Of a stretch of 64,000 nt of DNA, positions 21,831-29,767 are shown one piece after another. This DNA comes from an uncultured Planctomycetaceae bacterium (GTDB lineage: Bacteria; Planctomycetota; Planctomycetia; Planctomycetales; Planctomycetaceae). The number at the start of each line of letters is the position of its first letter. Position 1 is the first letter of the stretch. The translations under genes and the position numbers were made by a program. The notes beneath the pieces are model-generated. The model was not told where the DNA came from. It searched no databases and worked only from the letters and a program-made list of their open reading frames with translations. The stretch covers positions 576,001 to 640,000 of the forward strand of contig CAWFAK010000008.1 in NCBI GenBank assembly GCA_963813715.1, written 5' to 3'.

Positions 21831-22096
21831 GCGACAAAATCTCCACCCCAGGTTCTTCAGAAAAGCTCGAGCCGACGTTCCGCAGGAGTCGGTTGGGCAC
21901 GATCTGCTCGCCGCATGTCAGTGTAACCAATAACCCGAGGTCCGCTTTGGCCGATTGTGCCGGGTGCCATGCCCACAGCTTTGGGTGAGACCGTCCGGTA
22001 ATTCGGGTGCCACGGCTGAGACGCTTCGGCTCAGCCGTGCTCTTCCGGTTGCTGATGACGGTCGCGGCATCGTGAAGAGCACGGTTGAGCAAGCTC

Positions 22097-23279
22097 GAGG
22101 GGATCCGGGAATTAGGCGCTCTAAGAGAAAGGGTCTCCGTGGGTTAATGTTTTTTTGTCACAAAGAACATTGGCCCCACGGGAGACCCAAGGATGGGACA
22201 TTCTACCCGCGCCTCAGCAAGCCTGCATGCGTTGGTGAAGTTGATGATTCCTGTGTGCCAGCGTGCTGAGAGAGAGCACCCGCGTCGCGGTCCGGGACGA
22301 CCACCGGAGATTGCTGATTGGGTCATGCTCGTGCTCGTAACCGTCGCGATTCTCAAATACCGTCGGAACAAATCCGCCCAATACCGATTTCTCAGTCAAA
22401 ACCGAGCCAAGCTTTTGGAATGGATCGGGACCACCCGGTTCCCGTCACGCAGCACGTACTGTGAGCGTTATCGAAGGGCCCATCGCCTGTTTCAGGTTGC
22501 CGTTCGTCTTCAAGGCAGGTGTCTGTTGAAGCATCAAGTCGGCGACGCACGTTGTGTGGCTGTCGACAAAAGCCTGATTCGGTCGTTGGGTCCGAAGTGG
22601 CCAAAACGGCTGCGCATCCAAGGAAAGCTTTTGCGGGGTGTGGACCGTGAGAGCACGTGGGGCTATTGCAAGCACCATGGTTGGGTCCAGGGCTACTCCT
22701 ACGAAGTCCTACTTTCTGCGGGGAAAAAGGGACTTGTTGTGCCCCTCTTGGCGTCGGTGAATCAGGCTCACTGGAGTGAGCACCGGTCATTCCCCGAAAA
22801 GATTCCACACTTGCCTCGACCCACCAAGTACGTCTTGGCGGATAGCGGCTACGACGGCAATGACCACGCTGACGCCATCGAGCGAGATTCGCGTGGCAAC
22901 CCGACAGGCCGGCGGTTTTTATGCCCTCAAATCTACCGAGGAGGACATCGTCGCCAGCCGGGACCATTTCACGACGCACATCGTGCTCGAAGAGAAGTCC
23001 GCACTCGCCGGGAGGCGCGATATCAGTACTTCCAGACGAAGACAGCCCGGCTTCACTATTCGCGGCGAGGCAGAACCGCCGAGCCGTTCCACGAATGGTT
23101 CAAATCCACATTCCAACTTCACGAGCGAGCCTGGCACCGTGGCTTGGACAACAACCGCACCCAAGTTCTCGGCGCCCTGTTCGCCTACCAGCTACTCGTT
23201 CGCTACAACCGCCGAAAACACAAACACAACGGCTCAGTTCGCTGGATCCTCGACGGCCTCTGAATTCCCGGATCCCCTC
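22097..23279 (+). mobile_element. Insertion sequence, 1183 bp, DDE transposase
   Basis: Perfect 17-bp TIR GAGGGGATCCGGGAATT; direct repeat GAGCAAGCTC at 22087-22096 and 23280-23289; removing it restores an intact REP. Confidence 0.93.
22193..23263 (+). CDS. DDE transposase (DDE_Tnp_1; IS4/IS5/IS982-like clan)
   Basis: VAVDKS, WGYCKHHGWVQGY, VLADSGYD, Y.RR..TAEPF..WFK; uninterrupted; stop overlaps the right TIR. Confidence 0.9.
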   Translation: MGHSTRASASLHALVKLMIPVCQRAEREHPRRGPGRPPEIADWVMLVLVTVAILKYRRNKSAQYRFLSQNRAKLLEWIGTTRFPSRSTYCERYRRAHRLFQVAVRLQGRCLLKHQVGDARCVAVDKSLIRSLGPKWPKRLRIQGKLLRGVDRESTWGYCKHHGWVQGYSYEVLLSAGKKGLVVPLLASVNQAHWSEHRSFPEKIPHLPRPTKYVLADSGYDGNDHADAIERDSRGNPTGRRFLCPQIYRGGHRRQPGPFHDAHRARREVRTRREARYQYFQTKTARLHYSRRGRTAEPFHEWFKSTFQLHERAWHRGLDNNRTQVLGALFAYQLLVRYNRRKHKHNGSVRWILDGL

Positions 23280-23763
23280 GAGCAAGCTCAACCGTGGCAC
23301 CCAAGGCAAATCTTCCCTCTGAATTCCCGGACAGTCTCACGACACACGTATGCCACCTAGCGGAGCCCCACGCCCCATCGCGCGGTGGGACCACTTTCGG
23401 CGCCCCCCTTATATTAAATGTGAGGGTACCGTCACGGCGGGACCACTTTTTTGTTGTCCCGGCGGGTCCACTTGTCCCACCGGCGCATCGCCTCGGATGA
23501 GTCCGCCGGCTTGGCTGGAAGGCGATCGGCGACCTCCGCCTGGTCATGCCGCTCGATCCCGTCCCAGTCCCACTCAGGGTGGACGGGCCGGAAATAACGG
23601 CCCAAGTCTGCCGGGGATCCTTTTTCCCCCCTATGTGAAAACGGATCCCCACCACCAGCAGAAAGCCTCTTTTGTTCCGCCTGGTCCTTCCCGGCGGGCA
23701 AGTTTTGACCGCAACTCACTTCTCGCGGCGGTCGCGGGATCGTATGTGGCGATCGCCCGCCCC

Positions 23764-23869
23764 GCTGGTTCCGTAGGACAAGCTGCCAGCTTGTCCCCTT
23801 GTCCCATGTTTCAGCTTCGGAATCGGGGACTGGAGCGGGCAAGCTGGCAGCTCGCCCTACGGAACCAGC
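23764..23869. repeat. GTAG-type REP doublet (family E)
   Basis: GCTGGTTCCGTAGGACAAGCTGCCAGCTTGTCC ... GGGCAAGCTGGCAGCTCGCCCTACGGAACCAGC. Confidence 0.85.
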
Positions 23870-23880
23870 CGCCCGGGTTT

Positions 23881-24059
23881 GTCTCCGGTCCCGTCCCATT
23901 GAGAATGTGTCTGAGAATGTGTCCGGACCGGATTTTTCCCGCCCAACGGGAATTCGCGCTGCGCGTCCGGACCGACGACAGCCGAGTGGGCGATGTCGAG
24001 ATTTGCCGGGAAATGCTCGATAAAACAACGTGTCCCGTCCCGGTCCCGTGTCCGGTCCC
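23881..24059. repeat. Cluster of short GTCC(C/G)-rich repeats
   Basis: TGAGAATGTGTC x2 (23900-23923), CCGGTCCCGTCCC, AAAACAACGTGTCCCGTCCCGGTCCCGTGTCCGGTCCC. Confidence 0.55.
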
Positions 24060-24334
24060 AGCCCTGACCGGCAATCACGTTCGCTCGCGCACGCTCGGCG
24101 TCGCCGAAGCGCACTCGCGTTCAACGATCTCCGTGGTCCACGCGGGCATGGCTCCTGCTGTCGCGCGAAGGGCGCGCATCGCAACCGGCCGCGAAACACG
24201 TCGCTATTTTCATTCAGCCACAAAATGGTGGTTTGAACAAGATCGATTTTCTACGCCGCCGCTCTCGTGTCCGTTTGTCGCACGGACAGAACTACGGAGA
24301 CGAAATCGCAGAGCATTGTGGTTGGCGCAGGGCC

Positions 24335-24457
24335 TCAAGAAGCATCGATGCCGCCGTCCTCTTGACGCGGAACGGGAGCGACAAGAGCCAAGGCCTTCAA
24401 CAAAAAAATGCCAAGCTCCTCATGAAGGTCCCCGCTGCGAATGTTCTTGTCGCGCAT
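24335..24457 (-). pseudogene. 40-codon N-terminal remnant of a DUF4365-like PD-(D/E)xK nuclease
   Basis: Manual translation MRDKNIRSGDLHEELGIFLLKALALVAPVPRQEDGGIDAS*; G..(E)E and ED.GID resemble nuclease motifs I/II; not in the ORF track. Confidence 0.45.
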
Positions 24458-24620
24458 ACCGGGCGTGGCGCATGCTCACTTCTGCCGTTCGCCGAAAGCC
24501 GCCGCTCGAAATTGAAAAACGCGGATCAACGACTTCTTGCAATTACGCAACTTGTCAAATGGCGTGTTTTCCTGGCTCGCAGCGTTCCGTATCCCTTCGG
24601 GGTTCAAGGCGAATGCTCGG

Positions 24621-25588
24621 TCAGGAGCTCCGTTCGCGACGCGACATGGACACTCTATGACGCCACACGTCCCGAAGTGCCTGGGTCACGTTGTCATGCG
24701 TCGGCATCAGATGGGCCTTTGAAATCCCCTCAGCAAATAGCAGCCGCTTGAGCTCCCAAATTGCGTTAGCTGCCAACGTGTGCTTAACGAGCGACCCAGC
24801 CGGCAACAGCCTTTCGTACCGTGGCCACGCGCCATCCAAGAGATAGTTAGCATCGGCCCCTCCAATATATGTGAACAAGCCTTCTTGCGCATTCAGGAAG
24901 CCGATTTCGCTCCGGTCGACTGTCATTACCTTGACTCTCGTTTTCGAAAGGGCGAGATGTTGGAGGCTCAGTCCCCAAACGGCGATCGGGTCTTTCTGTC
25001 TTTGCGAAGCTGAATCGGCGGCGAAGAAGGCGGCTTTCTCGGCGCGATATGTCCAATCGAGAAAACGGGTCCGGATGCCGTGGTGTTGAGCGATCGCACC
25101 GGCCAGCCTCCATGGGTCGGACGCGTCGTCGGCCTCGGTAAGCAAAAATGGGAGATGGAAACCCGAATACCATTGGAAACCCCCTCCAGGGATTCGTAGT
25201 CCCAGCTCGTCGAGCATCCGAACAAATTCGAACACCGCCGCAAATTCAAATCGCTTTCGAACAATGAACGATCGGATCCTCTTCTTCCTCCAATGCGAAA
25301 TGTCGCGTCGAGCGTTTCGGCTTCTGCAGCCGCATCACTCAGATCGACCGCGGCATCATACAGCTGGAACAGTTGGTCTGATCGGACCTCCGGTCGCCAG
25401 AGGGATGGAACGAGCGCGTATCGCGATTTTGACTGTCCTCGAAAGATCCATTGGCAGTGCCACGATCCGTCCTTCAGCCAATGCCTCGAGGAGCGGCGAA
25501 GGTCGGCCAGAAATGGCGCGGCTTCGTCGTAAGAACGCTCGATGATTTGGCAAAGGTGGGGTTTCCGAGGTCCGCGTTTTTTTGCCAA
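24621..25588 (-). CDS. FRG-domain protein; frameshift near 25240
   Basis: WIFRGQ..YALVPSLWR, AQHHGIRTRFLDWT...AAFFA, NAQEGLF, GIS..HLMP. Confidence 0.88.
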
Positions 25589-25675
25589 TCCAGTGTCTCC
25601 GGTGCCGACACTTTAGTTTAACCGCCATGCGAGCGGAAACAGGGACACACTGTGTCGTGCCCAAAGCTCGGCGCC

Positions 25676-25709
25676 GGGCGCCATTCCCACGGCTCGGCGT
25701 GGGCATGTC
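25676..25709. repeat. REP (family D) immediately downstream of the RAYT gene
   Basis: GGGCGCCATTCCCACGGCTCGGCGTGGGCATGTC; inverted relative to the REP at 26348-26543. Confidence 0.75.
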
Positions 25710-25710
25710 T

Positions 25711-26284
25711 TCAACCTCGAGAGGTACGCGGAAGTGAGGATTGATCGACGCGGAGAAGCCCGCTGCCGGGACGCTCATATTCGACAGCACTTGACCACTG
25801 CCACGCGGTTGGAGTTGGACAGAGTCCCCGTCGCACTGCGTTTGCGTGGATATAGTCGATCTCGGCCCACACTGTCTGTGGTTCCATCAGGTTGCGGTCG
25901 TAGCCGCCGCCACGCTGCCAGAAGCGGTAGTGAAGTCGGCCACCCGGCTGCCGATCTTCCATCCGTGAAAGAAAGGCAGGAGCCGATCTTCGCACGTGTG
26001 ACAAGACTTTCAAGGAGACCGGCTGTTTTACTGAAGTCAAAAACTCGCTGATCGAATATCGCGGTTCCCGAGGCCACACGAGCAAATGCACATGCTTCGG
26101 CATGATCACGTAGGCCCAGAGATCAAATGTATGCTTTTCCTGCGCTTGATCGATCGCCTCAACGAGCCAGCGGCGGGTTCGCTCTTTCGACAGAAACGCA
26201 CGCCGACAGAAACAGGAAAACGTAAGTGAATGGGCTTGTCCCAGCTCGTTATACCGACGACACGTTCTTGCGGTGGCCGTTCAT
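25711..26284 (-). CDS. REP-associated tyrosine (Y1/HUH) transposase, RAYT; indel near 26265
   Basis: MNGHRK/CRRYNE.G.AHSLTFSCF.R, WAYVIMPKHVHLL (HUH), FWQRGGGYDRN, YIHAN.VRRGL (catalytic Tyr), W.WSS. Confidence 0.88.
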
Positions 26285-26347
26285 GAGGAAGAACTGCTGC
26301 GACGATCAGAACAATCTCCCGTCGCGACATTCTGCCAAGCATTCTAG

Positions 26348-26543
26348 GACATGCCCACTCAAAGCCGTGAGACTGTCCGGGAATTCGAGGCTACAAACTC
26401 TAGGAAAATCGAGGTTCGACGGATTTGGACTTACGTCGAATCTGGACATCGATTCTGAGCAGTCGTAAATCTCCGACTTTCCACGGCAATTGCTCTGCAT
26501 GAATTACCGGACTGTCTCACTCAAAGCCGTGGGCATGGCACCC
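26348..26543. repeat. REP (family D) upstream of RAYT, split by a MITE
   Basis: Reconstructs to GACATGCCCACTCAAAGCCGTGGGCATGGCACCC. Confidence 0.8.
26368..26519. mobile_element. 152-bp MITE
   Basis: TIRs TGAGACTGTCCGGGAATTC / GAATTACCGGACTGTCTCA (17/19 match); direct repeat CTCAAAGCCG at 26358-26367 and 26520-26529. Confidence 0.88.
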
Positions 26544-26610
26544 TGCGTGGTTGTGCGAAGCGGAGCTTCGGGGACGTGCAGTCCCAAGCGGAGTGTCGAC
26601 CGAGCTCAAG

Positions 26611-27095
26611 CTAGCGGGCGATTTCCAGCCGGGCGATCTGACCACCAACGTCAAAGATTCGCACGAGGCTGCCCTCTCTGTCGGGCCGCCGTGAGATTGC
26701 GTGTTATTGAAGCCGGCGGTGACCATGAAGTCCGCGTATTCGTAATGGTGCCCGTTCACGGTGAACTGCTCCATCACATGTCCCTCCGGCGGCATTGGGA
26801 CGAAATCGACCACCTTTCCTTCGACGACTTCAAAGTGACCCAATCGAATTGCTTCGCGAAGCCTCCAATAGTCCGAAAAGGTGCCCAGAAAGGTTGCCAA
26901 TACCCAAAGGATCGAGAAAGCGGCTCCACAATAGGCAATAGCCCGCTGCATGGGATTGAGTCCATGGGTCTTCGCGGTCGTGGATTACAGCGCCACGAAA
27001 ATCGCGACTAGGATTAGGCCGAACGCAGGAAACCACCAGTTTCGGTATCCTGCCTGGCCGGCGTCAAAGACAAGTTCGTAGGTCGCTGGGGTCAT
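26611..27095 (-). pseudogene. Hypothetical two-TM membrane protein, disrupted
   Basis: MTPATYELVFDAGQAGYRNWWFPAFGLILV..., in-frame TAA at codon 37, then VVEGKV.DF.PMP..GH..E.FTVNG, and a frameshifted end VRIFDVGGQIARLEIAR*. Confidence 0.6.
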
Positions 27096-27193
27096 GGCGA
27101 GCACGCATCACGGAGGTCTAGCCGGGACATTCTAGCCAAAAAGGCGGCTCCTTCTCTCGCTCCGAAGCGGTGCTTGGGACGGAGGTCAGCGCT

Positions 27194-27229
27194 CCGGGGC
27201 TTCCGCAAAGCGGAGCGCCCGGGCACCCC
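27194..27229. repeat. REP (family A), single copy
   Basis: CCGGGGCTTCCGCAAAGCGGAGCGCCCGGGCACCCC matches 8100-8135. Confidence 0.7.
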
Positions 27230-27271
27230 TGTCCCGTCAGACTGATCCGTCGGGCCCGCGCCGGGGGCCGA

Positions 27272-28757
27272 TCAGATCGCCGCGACGAGTTCTTCGCGCG
27301 GGGACTCTTGGCTGACGATTGTCGCCGGGCGGACGGGGATCGGTTCGGTTCGCACGGCGGGGCGGCGTTGGAGTAGCACGCAGGTCGCCAGGAACCAGAC
27401 TGTCGTGCCCAGCCCCAGCAGGCCGACTCGGCCGCTGTTGGGCAACAGGCAATAGTGCAGCCACACCAGGACGACGGGAATCCAGGCCACGAACTCGGAG
27501 GCTCGCAGTCGACTCAGTTCGACCAGTCGCTGGCAGACGAACGGAATCGCCGGCAGGAACAGCACGTAATAGCAGCCGCGGGCGACCGGGCAGACCACGA
27601 GCGTGGCGACGCAGGCCAGGCCGAAGACTGTTCCGCGTCCGACCGGGTCGTTCGCAAATCCGGCTCGCAGCACGAACCACAGCAGGATCGCCAGGGCCAG
27701 AATTCTTCCGGCGACGATCAACATGCCGGAGTCGCCAATCGTCCATTGGCAATCGCAACGACGCATCGTGCGGGTGATCGATCAGCGTGTCGTCCGGTCC
27801 GTAGTCGAGCTTGCGCGGTGAGGAAGTTGCCGAAGCGGTAGGCGGCATTGTCGAGACTTTGATTGCGAATGGAGCGGACGTCCTCGCCGAAGTCGGACGT
27901 GCGGACGTCGACCACTTTGGTCACGACTTTGGAGAACCAGGTGTGCAGATGGTGGAGATTGCCGTTCCAGCCGGTGAGCGCCGCGGGGATCAGGAAGGCG
28001 AAGAGCAAGAGGCCCACGGTGAGTCCGCCGCCCAGCACCGCGGGCCGCTGCCAGGCCTGTCTGAGAGGTTGTCCCTGTTTCCAGGCGACCCAAGCGAGCC
28101 GCGCTTCGTACAGCAACAAGCAGCCGACCGGCAGCAGCGGGGTGAGCTTGAGAATCCCGGCCAGCGCGAAGACCAGGCCCGCGAGCGCCCAATGGCGGGC
28201 TCGTGTTCCCGTGAGCGCGATGCGGAAGCCGAGCATCAAGCAGGTAGAGTTTGAAAACCTCGACCTGGCCGCGCTGCAGGCAATTGAAGGCGGGCAAGAT
28301 CGCGGCAGCGATGGCGGCCGTGCACAGGCACATGTTGAGCTGGGCGGGATCCTTCGCCGTGCTGGGCCGTGTGAGTCAGCACAAAGGCGAGGATTCGCCT
28401 CAGCTCGAAGTAGCAGCCAAACACCATGCCGACGCTGAGCACGAACCAGACGCCGACCTGCCCCATCGGCGGCAGGACGTGCAGCGGCGCGACCAGGATG
28501 GCGAACATCGGCGGATAGAGATACCGCCAGCCGCGCGGATTGCTCACCTGGTAGGGGTCGCGTCCGTCGAAGAACGCGGCCCCCGCTTCGGTGTAGACGG
28601 TGAAGTCGGTCCGGTGCTCGTTGATTCGCTGGTGATTCACCATGCCCCGCGGCACGACGTCCAGCCAGCCCCAAATCGCAAAGGCAATCAACAGGCCCAG
28701 GTAAATCCAACGATAGCGGAAGACTTCCTCCGCAGGACGAAATCGCGGCATCGTCAC
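27272..28757 (-). CDS. GT87/DUF2029-like polytopic glycosyltransferase; about 3 frameshifts
   Basis: TDFTVY..AG..F.G.DPY, YLYPPMFA, GQ, ILKLTP, NQSL. Confidence 0.8.
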
Positions 28758-28783
28758 GGAGTTCCTTGGTCAGCGCTTCTCGG

Positions 28784-29767
28784 TCAGTCGTGCAGTGTTT
28801 CCATCGGCCGGGGCGCGTTCGCCTGGACGGCGGCGTCGGTCGCCAGCTCGAGGTCGGCCCGGGCCACCGGATGGTCGGAGGCGGGGTTGGCGATCCACTC
28901 GGCCCGCACCGTCCGCAGTCCGCGAGTGAAGATCCAGTCGATCGGATTCTTCTTCACGGTGGGGCCGGGAATGTCGGCCAGCGCGTTGTGCACGCCGGGC
29001 GTGTGCATCAAGCGGACCATTTCGGGGTGCGTGCTGAACTCGTTGAGGTCGCCCAGGAGAATGGCCGGCTCGTTCAGCGAGAGGAACAGGTCGAACGCCG
29101 TCCGCAGCTGGATATCGTGCGTGTCCCCCTCGGTGTCCTTGTCGATGTGCACCGTCAACACGTGCACGGTCCGTCCCCAGTGGGTGAAGTTGGTCAGCAA
29201 GGCGGCCCGGAATCGCTGGCGGCTGGGAGTGGGGAGCGGAATACGGACGTAATCGCTGAGCGGCAAACGCGTGAGCAGGGCGTTGCCGTAGTGGTCGTGC
29301 CACCAGCGGCGTTCGGCGGGCACGAAGATCCAACCCATCTGGAGCCGCTCGGCGACGTCGGCGACCTGCGGGCCAGTGAATTCAAACGGCGGATTGCGGA
29401 CCTCCTGCAAGGCGGCCAGGTCGAGATCCTTCAACGCCTCGGCCGTGCGTCCCAGGTCGCGGATGCCGTCGCGGCCGACGCCGGCGTGCGTGTTGAACGT
29501 GGCGACCCGCAGCGGAGCCGACGCCGCGAGCGGCGCCAGGCGTTCCGTTTCGTGCAGCACGAGCGGCTCGACCGGATCGGCCGGCTTCTGGATGGCTCCG
29601 TCCGCGAACAGCCCGGTACCGACGGCGACCAACGCAGCCAGAATCAGCATTTTGCGGCTGGTCAGCCGCGCCCAGGTCGACGTCGGCTTTGGAGCGGTGG
29701 CGTTCGGCTGCGGGGTGTTCGGCCGGGGAGCGTTCGGCTGTGGGGTGTTCGACTTTGCTTTGGTCAT
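28784..29767 (-). CDS. Endonuclease/exonuclease/phosphatase (EEP) family protein, membrane-anchored
   Basis: LRVATFN, LQEV, GNALLTR, ILLGDLN, IDWIF, SDH. Confidence 0.9.
   Translation of the reverse strand: MTKAKSNTPQPNAPRPNTPQPNATAPKPTSTWARLTSRKMLILAALVAVGTGLFADGAIQKPADPVEPLVLHETERLAPLAASAPLRVATFNTHAGVGRDGIRDLGRTAEALKDLDLAALQEVRNPPFEFTGPQVADVAERLQMGWIFVPAERRWWHDHYGNALLTRLPLSDYVRIPLPTPSRQRFRAALLTNFTHWGRTVHVLTVHIDKDTEGDTHDIQLRTAFDLFLSLNEPAILLGDLNEFSTHPEMVRLMHTPGVHNALADIPGPTVKKNPIDWIFTRGLRTVRAEWIANPASDHPVARADLELATDAAVQANAPRPMETLHD

Larger units (their letters stand above)
21986..23339. mobile_element. Non-autonomous TIR-bounded element carrying a REP doublet that is itself interrupted by an IS
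   Basis: Left end TGAGACCGTCCGGTAATTC (21986-22004), right end GAATTCCCGGACAGTCTCA (23321-23339); left end abuts half a REP (GGGTGCCATGCCCACAGCTTTGGG); no matching target duplication on the right. Confidence 0.6.

Noticed and set aside
23350..24751. ORFs 23350-24660, 23432-24223 and 24233-24751
   Set aside because: They run through REP and short-repeat DNA and have no protein-like motifs.
23321..26386. Composite transposon bounded by the perfect 19-bp inverted match at 23321 and 26368
   Set aside because: The ends face outward and belong to two different elements; the 26368 end already has its own partner and target duplication.
26557..27182. Degenerate CCCAAGC..GCTTGGGA-type repeat fragments near 26560-26604 and 27155-27182
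   Set aside because: Too diverged to define boundaries from this window alone.
21300..27229. Integron with attC cassettes
   Set aside because: No tyrosine integrase, and the palindromes lack RYYYAAC/GTTRRRY ends.
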